From positions 7,731,929-7,795,928 of the forward strand of contig OZ037769.1 of the NCBI GenBank assembly GCA_964035545.1: a stretch of DNA of 64,000 nucleotides, given 5' to 3'. A model generated the notes under the pieces. It did not search any database. It had not been told where the DNA came from and saw only the letters and a program-made list of their open reading frames with translations. Numbering within the stretch: position 1 is the stretch's first letter; each line of letters begins with the position of its first letter. The position numbers were made by a program, and so were the translations under genes. Source of the DNA: Bugula neritina. Its lineage: Eukaryota; Animalia; Bryozoa. This document shows, one piece after another, positions 12,901-26,826 of the stretch.

Positions 12901-15900
12901 CTAAATTTTATAAATCAGATATGAAAATATATTGGAGTATGTTTTAAAAGTAATATAACAAAATAATGTTTTAGAATAAAAATAGTAGTTACAATGCAAA
13001 ACTAAAAACAATGCTTTAATATTTAATTACATATCATTTAAATTTGGGAATAATTGTCATTTACTTTCATCGTGTTACCAGATCTTCAGGGGTTTGGGGT
13101 GGTTCACAAGAAGAAGTTCATTACATAGATTAGTTCCAGTTACTAGTTGTGTCACATAATTAAGGTAGTTATTAATTAGGTTGTAGTAGTAGAGGCACTT
13201 AACATAAAGGCTGCTCTGGTTAGCAGTTATTATAGTGCTGTATTGCCTAGCAGTGGCAGCAACAGAAGCTGTTGCAGTATCAGAGGACTAATTATATTCA
13301 GTTGTGTGTATACTGACCAAGCTACGTGTAACAGTGGGTGTAGCCAGAACTAAAAACATTAACCCTATTGGATGGCAATTGTTTTTCAAATTTAATGATA
13401 AGTTGCCAAATGAATCTTATTTTTTGCATTTTAGTTTATTAATGACAGGTGCATGATTTTATTATGTCTACTCTGATATTGTGAAAATATGGCAATTGTT
13501 TGCATGTGTCATGCCATGAGACCATATGTTGAGCAATGAAACCAGTATTTGGATCTGTTTGGAGTTAAATTCTTATTGTGCCACATAAGTTTTCATTAAA
13601 CATTATTTAAATATTCCTGGTGCTGACTTAGGGTGTTGACAGAGTTCTTTGGTACACCTGTGTGACACCTGTGTCACATATGTCACATCACCTCAGCTAA
13701 TTCACCAAGACACAAACAAGTACAGTGCTTCCGCCATCTTTGAGGGATTCAGTTTTCACAAAGTTTCAAAGGTCACGATCCCTGTTTTGTGGCTATAGTA
13801 TGTGTATAAAGCAAAATGGTCAAATATCTATGAGTTAAGTCTGGTATTCTACTATGTCACTAACTGAGGTTTCAGGACCGCCAGCTTAGTGAGATACAGA
13901 GGGAGCGCTGTAATCACAGTGTAATATGATTAAGGTGACTCTTGCACAAGCTAGTCTCATGTGTAATTCCACTTGATGTTGTGTTTTAGCTTGACTCATG
14001 GCTTTTATACAGACACTAAAAGAATCTCGGCAACTTCAATGTTTTTTGAGAGCATGCCGTATCGTCTAGATGTAAGTAGACTTAGAACAACACATACGTA
14101 TATAGACAGCGTAGGTGTGAGTGTGGTGGCTAGGCTGCCTTCACCAAACACTAATGGTGTTGATTAGAGTGTGTTCTTGTGATTCCACACTATAATGAAG
14201 TATTAATGCTAGGTATAGTTTATGTGTATAATTAGGGATGTATATTACACATAATGTATATTATACATAGTCTGTACTACATGTAGTGTATACTATACAG
14301 TATACATAGTCTGTAATACACCCATATTGTGTATATTATACATAGTCTGTACTACCTGTAGTGTATAATATACAGTATACATAGCCTGTACTACCCACTA
14401 TACAGTATACATAGTCTGTACTACACCCATATTGTGTATATTATAGGAGAAAACAGGCTATATAGACTACGATATGCTGGAACATACTGCTAAGCTATTT
14501 AGACCTAAACTGATCATAGCCGGAGTCTCTGCATACTCTAGACTGCTGGAGTACGACAGGTAAGCTGTGCTGTCTCCATCTACTTGATAAAAAGTTGAGG
14601 TACACTGGCTAGGGATATGATCTACAGCTACAGTATCGATCCACAATTCGGTTTTTGTGGATATAAATTTTGTATCACTGTTTTTCAGCAACAATGTATA
14701 TGTGTACAAGGTTTATTACTAAGAAACTGTGCTAATACATGATTATGTTTCCATATTATGATTATGCCTGTAGATACCGGGCCATCTGTGACCAAATGAA
14801 CGCTATACTAATGGCCGACATGGCACACATCGCCGGAATGGTTGCTGCTAAAGTTATTCCGTCTCCATTTGAGTACGCAGACGTCGTAACCTCTACTACC
14901 CACAAGTCCTTGCGTGGAGGAAGGTGCGTCAACAGCTTCCTCATTTATATTGAAAACTGTCTTTAATTTGACCTTTTCACTATAGAATAACAAACAATAT
15001 CTCTACTGAAGGTTCTAGTTATATATATTTTGTTATAAACAGTTGTATAGGCATGGCTGTATGTTTTGTAAACTTACTTTTGAAGTTAGTATAGGGTTTT
15101 GTTAATCCTGTTGGGTTACAAGTTTTCTGACTATACTGACCATTACTATAAGCTGTGTGTAGCACATGTTATGGTGCATACGCTACATGATAAGTGCAAT
15201 ACTATGTCAGACCTATTCACTGCTGGTAAATACTTACAGAGCTGGTATTATCTTCTACCGCCGTGGTAAGAAGGGAGTGGACAAGAATGGTAAGGATATA
15301 ATGTATAACTATGAGACGAGGATAAACCAGTCTGTCTTCCCAACTCTGCAGGTTTGTGTGGCTAACAACTACATGCCGCTAAGTGTCAGTTGCTGATTGA
15401 TTGCCAATTCAATCAGTCACTTGTAAGTCAACTAAAAGTCTGCTATATGGAAAACCTGCAACATTTATTTTTAAAATGATTGGAAATTTCCATCAAGCAT
15501 GCATTTACCAGTTTTGAATAAAAATATAACCTCATGCATATTGGATGAAACCACTGCAATGCTTGCCAAAGTTTACTAACAGTTTATCTGCTGTGGCTAA
15601 TTATATAGCATTATGTAACTGTCTAGTTCCAGGGTGTTGATTGAATAAGAATAGCATAGCATGATGTATTTATTGCACTACAATAATGTTGGTATTATTT
15701 TTTGTACTTGTAGTGATTAGTTGATAACATTATAGTAGAACACTGCATTTATTACTATGACCATCATTGTATCATATCAATACTAATACTGTACCCTCAC
15801 TGTGTATCATAATAATACTAATACTGTACTCTCACTGTGTATCATAATAATACTAATACTGTACTCTCACTGTGTATCATACTAATACTAATACTGTACT

Positions 15901-18900
15901 CTCACTGTGTATCATAATAATACTAATACTGTACTCTCACTGTGTATCATAATAATACTGTACCCTCACTGTGTATCATAATACTAATACTGTACCCTCA
16001 CTGTGTATCATAATAATACTAATACTGTACTCTCACTGTGTATCATAATAATACTAATACTGTACCCTCACTCTGTATTATACTAATACTGTACCCTCAC
16101 TGTGTATCATACTAATACTAATACTGTACCCTCACTGTGTATCATACCCTCACTGTGTATCATTCTTGCAGGGAGGGCCCCACATGCAGGCTATAGCTGC
16201 TGTAGCTGTTGGCATGAAGCATACAAAGAGACCAGAGTTTGTGGAATATCAAAAGCAGGTTGGTATTAGTGAAATAGCTACAAGAATGATACGTTGAACT
16301 GTTAGAGTAGGCCAAGCTAAACTTTGATCTTCTTATTGCTTATACTTTGAGACTTAAACAATTAACTCAATGTTTGATACACAGCCATTAAGGTCTGTGC
16401 AGTTGAGACTTTTCCTTAAACCACTGTTGATTTACAGTATCATTGGCTCTAAAGAATCAGTGGTATTCCTAACATGAAACTTTTTGCATTTGAAAAATAT
16501 CTTGACTGTTTCAAAACCAACATATTCTGATTGGCTGATCGGTGTAAGTACTATGTCACGACAGAACTTGCTGTAATTATAATTCAACATACAAATGTTT
16601 ACCTGTGAGACAGTGTTTATGTGTCAGATGTCACTATTTAAATTTGTTTATCATCACAATTTTTGAAAGCCAAGTTTTCATGAAAACGCCCCAATGTAAC
16701 TAGGCCTGTAAAGCACAAAGTATTTAAGATTTTGGTTGTGTTTCTTAAATTATAGAGACAATGCATCATGTTATTTCTGGTTAATGATGAAAATTTGCTT
16801 AGTTTGAAACTCACCAAAGTTTTTAAGTTATTCTACCATATGATGCATATACTCATGACCTATTGCTGACCTTAGTTGAGCTTGTTTCACTGAGCTCTCT
16901 ATTGTTCATTGACTTCTATATCATATGCTACTAGCATTGTCATTTGTATGCTAGTCAATACCAAAACACCTCTCCATTGATGTGAAGCTACACCTATGAT
17001 CATTTTTTAGGCTTTGCTTGAAATCTGGATTATGTCAAAATGATCGAAATGAATAACTTTTTGTAAAGGAGAAAAAGTGTGATAATATATACGTACAGAT
17101 TTAGGACTTTACTGAAAATAGTATTGATACGAAAATACAAGTAAATTTTCTGCAAAAAATATAAAAGCGAACTATTTAGATTTTTATTACAATTTAAAGC
17201 TTTTAAGCTCATTAAAGTTTTTTTTATTTCTTTAGTCAACGAAAAATAATGTAACCTAATAATAAACCATGTGTTATGTAGTATACTATAAACTTATTAG
17301 AAAGTATTGTTATCTCCCCTCACTTTTAGTATCATACATCTGGAGCAGGTACAGACAACTATTCCTCAGTTATATGCCTGTGACGGGACGTCAAGGTGAC
17401 TATATACTGTGTGAATGAATTTCTGTATACTGTGTGAATGAATTTCTGTAGGTTCTGTTGAACTGCAAGACCTTAGCCCAGCATTTGATGGACAGTGGTA
17501 ACGTGATAGTGTCCGGAGGTACTGATGTGCACCTCATGCTCTGGGACCTGCGTCCTCGAGGGGTAGATGGGGGTAGAACTGAGAGGGTACTGGATCTGTG
17601 TGGCATTACCCTCAACAAGAACACCTGTCCTGGTGACAAGAGTGCTTTGAACCCTGGTGGTGTTAGAATTGGTGAGCTTTGCTGTTGAACTGGTGTCACC
17701 CATGCTTATACATCTCCAAATTCTGAACTTTTGGTGTAATAGTATAGTAGTGAACTGCAGCTTTTATAAACTATATTATCTTTAAATGTTCTGTGTAAAT
17801 CTGGCCACTGGTAAAATGTTTCAAGAAATAACTATTGAGTGTTTTCAAGTTACTGGTGGAAAATTTTGCCAAGACTTACTAATGAGCTATAAAAAGTGGT
17901 TGTCTTGTTTCAGAACATTTAAAATTATTTTAAACTTCTGTGGCTTATTTTCTCTAATGATGCTGAAAAAACACTCCTCTAGAGCGTTAAGGTCATACTA
18001 GGATATTTCTGTACAATGCATGCGAACTGAAAATTTGCACCACAAGTAAAAAAAGGTGTACACTGTACACTAATTCATACGTGCTGAGAATGCTGAGCGA
18101 CAAGTGCGAATATTTTCTGTTCTCGTTACCTAATTGACTGGTAGTTATTTTTTCTAATTTAGTGCTACATTCCACTAAATTGTGTTTTGTTGAAAGCGGG
18201 TGAGATTTAAAAAAGAAAATTTAATTTAACCCTAACATGTAGCTATAGAAACAAGGCGAGCAGTAAAGTTAAACGCAAATATTATTTATAGTTAGTAGAT
18301 TTTTGCTTTCACTGGCGGAACGTTGTACAGTGGACACCTTTTCCTACTTGTGGTGCAAATTTTACGCACCGTGTGGCTCTACGCTTAGTAAGGGTGGTCT
18401 CCGTGCAGTACCCTACACTGTAATTAAGGAATGTTTTTTCAGACTTGTTTTACCATCAAATTCTGTCAATGCAGCAGGAGAAAATGAGTACACACAAGAG
18501 AATGTTAAAACTGAAAGTTAAAACAACCAACGATTAATTCTTTAGATGAAAAAACATTAGAGATGTCTCCAGATTTGAAATAAATTTGCCAATTTGGAAA
18601 CGCAGTTATAGAAAAAACATAAATGATTTTTAAATTTTAGTGATTACAGTTAAATTTTTGTTATTTCATTAACTTTTTGTGGAAAACCCAGTCATTTCTA
18701 AGTACCAAATGCACAGTTTATTATTCCGGGTAGAAAACTCCTTATTTCTATGTTAGATCTTACCTATTTATACCATGGCTAAACACACTTATATATTTGT
18801 GAAGAAACTATAATTTATACTAACCCTAGATGTCAATAGCATTGTGGTGATTACGTGGTTTAATTCATATAGAAGTACTGGAAGTTCAAGGTTTTTTTTA

Positions 18901-19485
18901 TAAATATAATGCTAAATTTTTCTCTCTTATTGTCTACTAAAATGAACTCTTTTTTCAAACTTTGACTGTTTCAAAGGAATTGTCTTTCCTAAGGAGTAGA
19001 TTAAAAGCCTTATATAAATCTCATTTATCTGTAGGTTTACATGCATCCACTTCTAGAAACTACAAGGAGACCGACATGAAGCAGGTAGCCGATTTCTTGA
19101 ATGAAGGTGTCGATATTGCAGTGGCAGCAAAAGGCAAAACAAGTAAGTGAATTCTAAGTAGTTTGATCAACAGTACAGAACCAAAGCGATGTTGACCTAA
19201 TTGGAAAATGTGATAATGAATTTACTAGTTTGCAGTTATTGTTAGATTTTGTGCTCATGTTTGTATTTTGCATTGTGGTGTGTAAGCAAAATGTTAATAA
19301 TTAAATTTTATTGGTGGAAATACTATCAGTTGTAGCTTTTTATTAATAATTCTATAGAAACACTGAAGGAGTTCAAGGAGTTTGTGTTGGAAGATGCCGA
19401 GACTCAGAGATCTATCAAAGATCTTAACTCCCGAGTTGTGAAATTTGCTTCAGGCTTCCACATGCCTGGCCGTGATGAATACTAG
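9977..19485 (+). CDS. SHMT2: Serine hydroxymethyltransferase, mitochondrial type, 11 exons
   Basis: Exons 9977-10042, 11719-11960, 12243-12443, 13990-14071, 14447-14559, 14774-14923, 15240-15351, 16172-16258, 17452-17671, 19035-19142, 19358-19485 in phase; motifs [53 protein letters not shown] (PLP lysine), NKNTCPGD; basic, acid-free N-terminus like a transit peptide; AATAAA at 19657. Confidence 0.95.
14255..14446. repeat. Degenerate tandem repeat ending at SHMT exon 5 acceptor
   Basis: Repeated TACAGTATACATAGTCTGTACTAC / CCCATATTGTGTATATTATA units. Confidence 0.75.
15778..16163. repeat. ~35-bp minisatellite x~11 abutting SHMT exon 8 acceptor
   Basis: Unit AATAATACTAATACTGTAC(C/T)CTCACTGTGTATCAT. 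Confidence 0.95.
18030..18363. mobile_element. MITE with ~40-bp terminal inverted repeats
   Basis: AAAATTTGCACCACAAGTAAAAAAAGGTGTACACTGTACA vs TGTACAGTGGACACCTTTTCCTACTTGTGGTGCAAATTTT. Confidence 0.75.
18387..18580 (+). repeat. Interspersed repeat, copy 1
   Basis: TACCCTACACTGTAATTAAGG...CATCAAA...GGAGAA.ATGAGTACACACAA shared with 21464-21710. Confidence 0.7.
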
Positions 19486-21463
19486 TCTTTCTAACTGTTG
19501 CATAATTTCTTGTTAAGGTCATGATCTGTGCTACATGTTTCCTATTTTAGTACGTTATTTTTTAGGTATGTATACTCTTTTACTATTATATATTATCGGA
19601 TATAATCTACTTGATCAATGTTGAATAATTATAAGTTTTGTGTATTTTACTTGCTCAATAAAATGTAAGTTAAAAGTTGCAACATTTGTGATTTATACCG
19701 TTTTGAGCAAACCCAGTTTTATACAAAAGTTCTACTAAAAGCATATTTCTTGTTTTATTATATCTAGTTACTGCTACTCTGATGACTAAAGCTTCGTTTA
19801 AAATAAAAATACTTATAGTTGAAATACAACAGAAAGCTATATATGCTGCCTAGTATTATTGTGCACTCTGTTTTCATCACTGAATATAGTACAGATGTAA
19901 TGGTAAAGGTTTGATCGTGGTCAGAGATAAAACCTTCGGTTTAAAATCTTTAAATAAATCACTTGAAATAAAAACAGGAAATACTTAAATAATATGAGCA
20001 TAGCTTAAACTTGGCTTCTTGGAGTCGTTAATATTTGCCATTTTAGAAAATTTAGTGAGAAAATATGAATTATATTTGAAATAAATGTGATTTGCCTTAA
20101 AATATTACAAATATAAAAACATGGAGTATTTAAACAGAATGGCCACAAAAATATGATTATCTAAAAATTTACGGCAAGAAATTAAGAAGTCTAAAGGTGT
20201 ATAAGTATCTTGAACGAATATTTGTAAAGTTGGCTGCAAGTGTTGTGAGGTATTAAAGCTTTAGAAACTATGCATGATGTGATTGGTACTTGGTAACACA
20301 TTGAAATGACATGATTTCACCAGTAAACCAGATTCAACATATGCAAACCAATCAAATGAAAGTGCAGATTCAAGGTTGAAAGCTTTTGGAATGTCTAGCT
20401 AGCTCTAGCAGACATGTATAGTATGAGAAGTTGTCTACTCTTGGAACAAAGCATTCACATTCTAAACCAAATATTATTACAAACCCATTTCTGTACTTAT
20501 GAAATAAATTGCACATGAGATTATAGCACTGCAATCAGATATCAAACATTTGACACCCAAGACTAAAATTTGTGTACACAGATTCTCCTCCCTAAGTTTA
20601 AATATATGAAATATGTTAGATAAAGTGTTTTAAGATGGTTTATTTCATTACAGCACATGTTATCAGGTATATTGAGAAGTATTTTACAATGAAATGTAAT
20701 GTAATCTCATTATTTTATTGATCAAGCTGACTTTTCAAAATTTCAAATGCTTTTCAATGTAAAAACTCGGCAGTAAAATAATATTGAAAAAAAAATTAAA
20801 TTATTGGTGTTTTCGGTGTTGTTCATCAAAGAGTAATTTTATTAGGTGTGCGTCTAAAGAAAAACAGACTTACAAATGTGAACAATTTTGATGCATAAAT
20901 ACTAAAAAAAAGATATATGTAAATACAGCTGATGGTTGTAAAGAAAAACAAGATTCATTAAATTATGATGTAAGACATGTAAAATTATGGATATAGCATA
21001 GAGATTATAAACTTCCATTATGGTATCAATTAAATTATGACATACTTGTGTCTTGTATTGGGAACTAGTTTGCTAGTCAATAAAAACTCGACTGACTGAC
21101 TAGAAAATAATAACTGATAATAGTGCGACCTATTACTCAACCACATAATAAAGAAAGAGTGGGACAACACTTGGTTATATGTGGAATGTATTGAACAGAG
21201 GAGAGGAATGAGGAAAGGACAGCTAAAGCTGCAGCTCATATACATTATATGCCAAGATAGCACAACACAAAACTTGCAGCATGCTGTCAGTTACGTCACA
21301 CAAATTTATGTAGCTTAATATACTATATGATGAAGTAGACTAGAAAATGTGCATGTAGGACACTAAGAGTACATGTCATGCACAGGACAAGAAATTCTAA
21401 CGAATATAACACAATGGCTACCATGCACCATGTTGACTGAGTATCCATATTATTAGCAGCAGT

Positions 21464-21710
21464 TAGTAGGGGTAGTCTATGTACCATACCCTACACTGTA
21501 ATTAAGGCATACTATACCAGATTTGTTTTTTCATCAAACTCTACCAACACAGGAGGAGAACATGAGTACACACAATAAGGAAGTAAATTGAATGAATAAT
21601 ACAACCACTTCGAAAAAAACAAAACATCAACCAGGGTTTAGTTTCAGCATTTATTGAAACAATCATAAAATTGAATACATGAATGTACAAAATAAAATCT
21701 GAGATCTCCA
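21464..21710 (+). repeat. Interspersed repeat, copy 2 (3' of SLC35B1)
   Basis: Homologous to 18387-18580. Confidence 0.7.
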
Positions 21711-21892
21711 TTCTGGTATCATCCAACAAATATCAACATCTACCATGCAACAAGACCTTGCTGCTCAGAAATCAGTTTAAATAAATATTATATATTATAT
21801 TTCTACACAATGAATGTGTAACATCAATTGCCTATGTTGACTGAGTGTGAGTTAGTTGTACAGATTATACACTGTCTAGTAGACTAACAGAA

Positions 21893-24800
21893 CTATGGTC
21901 GGTGGACTTTACCTCCGTTAGCTAAAGGTCTACTGCCATCTCCCCCTGCAGCTGAAGGTTCTTGTTTAATTTCTTTACCATACACAGTGTCAAACCCTAG
22001 CCCCAGAAACACGCACACAGTACCGACCCATTGTCGGGATGAGAAGGCATTTCCAAAGAGTAAAACCGAGAGTATCACAGTGAAGAATTTCCTAGATGTG
22101 GTGGCGATGGAACAGGCGAGTGGCCCGAAGTTAGCTATCACCAGGAATATGAAAAACTGAAATTAAAGAAAATATAAATTATTGTTATAATTCATAAACA
22201 ATAAACAGAATAGAAAATTGACATTTACAGATACAATAATTGCCACCATTTATTTGGTTATCACATTGGATGGCCCAGAGATAGTCGCATCTGACCATAT
22301 ATTCAACAATGCTGAACACTGTACTAGAACTAACTAAGGTGCAGTCACAAATATGCTAAACTTGGAAGTGGCTGATTGCCTTGAATGCAGATGCCTATTA
22401 AAAACTCATTAAGTAAAAATTATTAGGTAAACAGTTTCACAATAATTAGCAAAATTACAACTCAATCAATATCTGATGACAACTGAAGAGCAACAAAAAT
22501 GTATCATAATATCGTATTAGACAAGAAATGTTACATTCTTTTAAAGATTGCTAAAATAGCAATAAAAGCTACACAGTTTTAGCCTTTTGCTTTGTAAGCT
22601 GTAACTACTACAAACTAAACACCCTGGCCATAAGTTCCGTTCTACATATTTTAAAAAATCAACAATAGGAATTCCATTAAACATTATCAAATAAGAAGTA
22701 GCATTAAAAATATAGTAGATTATAACTTTACCTGTCCCAGAGCGCTTAATAAGCCGAACAAAAGAATGTTTGTGAAGACGTGGGGGTTTCTGTTGGCAAA
22801 GGAAATAAAGGCAGAGAATTCACCAAAAGCCATGAGTATACCCAACCATAAGACAGACCACATGTTCATCTTGAGCATCATGTCATAGGATTTGGTGCTG
22901 TGGGCCGCTCTCATTCTGGACTGTATCATTCCAGTGGTGCCATCCAGGAGCAGAGACACTACCTGCAAGACTCAGTCATTCTAACCAACTGTCATCACTC
23001 ACATCAATAGCAAATAGTCTGAGACAAGAAAACGCTGGTGGCCTTAACGTGTCATGGAGAGAAATACATAATTCTGATGCTGATTTATATGACTAGCTTC
23101 TTTTCAATGAATAAACTCATGCAGACCATTATTATATTGATTTTGGTGAATGTGCCAAAAAACATTCAATATTCAGATGTGTTTTAATGTCACTATATCA
23201 AATCGCCATCTAGAAAGGGGCTAATCACAGTGAACACTAAACTATACTTCATTAAACCTCTAATGGGCTAACAGCTCAAACTAAACTAGATTTCTCTAAA
23301 GCCTTGATGGACTAACAGGAGTGAGAACTAAACAACATATTTTTCAATCCTCCAGTAAGGAATATAAATTTTCAATTTAATATTACTTCTGCTGTTGGAA
23401 TTGTACTGATTGATATAATTTTGGTTATTAATAAATAGATGTTAGAAAACCTTTTAATAACTGAAACTAACTGCTATGTAATTTTGGCTATAACTTTTTG
23501 CCATAAAAGACCGAAAAGTTCTTGCAAGATTAATTGTATGAACACCAAAGGACCCGTATAAATTATTATTGAGTTAATTAAAGTAACACATCCTGTTCTC
23601 ATTACACAGACAGGGTCTTGTCTTACCAATAACAGTTCACCGACACCAAATGAGCGGTCATCATCTACTCCTTTGGCAGCTTTGGAATCTTTATAGACGA
23701 CGAGGGCAACTCCCAATGAGATCAATACGACACAGAAATACTTTGCTAGAGGATACTTTTTATGAGCGAAAAGTACGCCCATCAGCATAACTGGAATTGG
23801 TTTTGCTGATTTACCCAAAACCTGTAAAATATTGAAAAAGAATTATTCTTTATATAAATTATTGCTGACAGAATAGTTTTTCAACAATTGAATTTCAGTT
23901 AACTTCAATTTAAAACTTTCTTTTAAAAAACATATCTGTTTAGAAAGCAGTTTAAAGAATATAATAGAAAATATTTAAACTAGGAAAATTGAGAGCACCA
24001 TACATGAAATTGATACACAAATTCTGCTTATAAACAAACATAATATATATGGTTAATCTGTAATCATGCATGACACTCTCCCACATGAACACATCCCTTA
24101 CACACATTACTAGAAATTAAAGCACAATATGTATAACTAACAGTATATAAATAGGTTTTTTGATTGTAGACTGTGTACCTGAGTAGGATAGGATACCCAT
24201 TGAAGGGCTTTATTACTAGCTAGCATGGCTCCAAGGTAGGAGATGGCACACACAGCATATAGTAGATTGGTTGTGGTGTCAACCTCATCTTTTTTAGCCA
24301 TAAATCTACGAACTTGAAAGTGAATGGGAGATATAAAAACAAAGCTCAGATATAATTAAAAAACAAATGTTACTAGTGCTAGAATGACTGGTCACGAAAT
24401 AGAGCATAGTACAGATAATAGCTAGGAAAGACAACTCACCACTCAATGCAAACAAACTGTTGATGATACACTGTATAAACACAAGAGATAAGGAAAAGGT
24501 AAATTTCTGCTTTGAACCATCTTCATTCACGTAATCGCCACGAGTACTAAAAACAACCAGTACAATATTAGCCATCAGTTACTATCCAGAGTCTATTAGA
24601 TGATGATGTAATGGGCTCAGCAACATCCCTTGCTAAACTTGATAGAATTAATAGGTTATTAAAAAGTAAATTACTTACTATATAATAGAGACAGACCTTA
24701 TTTGTTGCAAAGATAAAATACCCCTAACACTAAGTCAATGCGAACACTATGCATATGCGACTACTTAATTTGCATAGATGTGTACACACATACACAATTA

Positions 24801-25350
24801 TACTACATATTAGTAAAACTACATAACACAATGACAGAATCGAGAAGTCACTATCTCAACACTTTACAGCGACTGCAAAAGATGATCAAATCAATTAATG
24901 GAGTCTAACACACACTTCCTCTCAAATAAACAGACTCTGGCTTACTACTAGTACAAGTCCAGCTATAAAGTATAACTTATTAATAATAATAATAAAAATA
25001 GTCATACAATGCTTGCAGCAAATTCAACAATAATGCTAATACTATTACACATAATACCAAGTCTAATACTAATAGTAATGGTAATAGTTATAGTGATACA
25101 CAGTACGCCTATCACCGATAGTCGTACTCTGTGATACTCATAATGAGCCTTCTTCTAGGAGAAGTAGCACTACCAGTTATACTTGTAGTAGTACTAGTAG
25201 TGCTACTACTAGTAGCAGTGCAACAATCAAGTGATCATATTCATATTGATATTTGAGCTATACTTACATTTTTTCTTGGAGAATGCCATAAAACATATAA
25301 CAGACAAAAATTCCTCCAGCATACAGAAGAAACTTTCCTCTGTTCAGCAT
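21893..25350 (-). CDS. SLC35B1: Solute carrier family 35 member B1 (UAA transporter family; ER ATP/ADP exchanger, meigo homolog), 6 exons
   Basis: Exons 25350-25268, 24546-24440, 24312-24179, 23821-23627, 22962-22732, 22156-21893 in phase; [80 protein letters not shown]. Confidence 0.95.
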
Positions 25351-25795
25351 TATGATTATGACCAGAACCTAGGAATCAGTCTATCAATTATACAAAAACA
25401 CCGATTCCTCAAAGTCAATTTACTGTATTATTGAGTGTATTAGACTCAGTAGGAGTATGTGAGCGTAAGACACCGACTCTGAGAGTGAGTGGGCCACTGA
25501 CAATGGAATTGAATATGATTATGAGTGCAACTGTAATAGAAATGTAATTACAACCATGGTGATGATAATTTTTTTTAGTATTTGTAGTAAGACTAAGGGT
25601 GAAAAATCTAAACCTGAAGACTGAATTCTGACGCTAGCATGCCGATAATCGATGTGGCATTATTTGAATGGAGTATACTACTAACCCTCGAAACTTTACA
25701 TGTAATTTTAATCTAATATAGGAGAAGTGCGCAAGAGACACGAATTTTGTTTCAACAAAGTAAGTGCCATGACTAAACACTGGTCCCGAGTTTAG

Positions 25796-25963
25796 GCTAC
25801 AAAATTTTTTAGAAGGAGCACTAAGTTGCTGGTCACCAAGTGCAGTAATATGAGAATTGCAGTTTGGGGCTGGTGATTCAGAGTTTCAATTTAAACGCCC
25901 CACTCAAACTACTGCACTCAGTAACTAACAATTTGGTGCTGCTTCTAACTATTTCCTCGTAGC
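25796..25963. repeat. Degenerate inverted repeat in the SLC35B1 upstream region
   Basis: TAGAAGGAGCACTAAGTTGCTGGTCACCAAGTGCAGTA pairs with TACTGCACTCAGTAACTAACAATTTGGTGCTGCTTCTA. Confidence 0.7.
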
Positions 25964-26489
25964 ATCAACAGTTCACAAACAAAAGTTGTTGGGAAATGAC
26001 AACAATGTAAACCTGAATGATCTGAACATTATATTCGTGGCTTTTTAAGTTTATTTGCAATTGGTTAATTAAAATGGCATTTCTAGCATCAAGAAGTGCA
26101 AGGTTGCTTTACCACGTTTACGGGCACTAACAGTAAATGAGTAATTCACATTCACATTGTGATTGTAATTCACTAATTCAAATTGTTAATGTAAAACTTC
26201 AGGTTAAACTTTTTCACTTTAACTTAAACTTAAAGTGGATGTTTATAATTATGTTATTGTTGAACTTTAGGTCTATCACAGTGGTTAACAATAAGTTAAT
26301 AGAAATTTTAATGTTTTGAGTTATTCTCAGTCATACTTATTATGATAATCATAAGGTCATGTCTGATACTAACTCTTCTAACTCCCAATGCTGAAAGCCA
26401 AAGCTAACCACCGAATTGAAACTGTTCTAAAAATAGGAACGCCAACGGTAACATGGAACATAATGATTAACTTGAAGTGATAATCATAA

Positions 26490-26826
26490 TCGTAATGAAC
26501 ACCTCATCGACCAGCCCACTACATCAGTTACCACCAGGTCCCAGTCAAATGGCATGCTCACCACTTTTAGGACTAACACCTCACTATTTCATGCCAGCTT
26601 CCTACCCAGAACAATACGTGATATGAAAATAACATCAAATGCTGCTCACAGACAGGCCTTATAAGGCCCTGTACTGGCACCAAAGTCTTAAAACAGAACT
26701 GCACTCATGTGATAAAAGTATAAACTACATTTAATAATTCTGTTCACCAAACGAGGCACGTCGCTTACACTAATCTAGTGGTCTAACGTGATTGCATCTT
26801 CAAGTAAGTCAAGTAAGTCAAGTAAG
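26490..26826 (+). mobile_element. 3' end of CR1/L2-group LINE
   Basis: Translates ...FRTNTSLFHASFLPRTIRD (SFFPRTIRDWN-type RT C-terminus); ends in tandem tail (CAAGTAAGT)x3. Confidence 0.7.

Noticed and set aside
15778-16163. CRISPR-like 35-bp repeats
   Set aside because: Head-to-tail units without spacers
16172-16258. Bacterial origin of SHMT suggested by GGPHM and DMAHIAG
   Set aside because: Eukaryote-type motifs throughout ([16 protein letters not shown]), ten spliceosomal introns and a transit peptide
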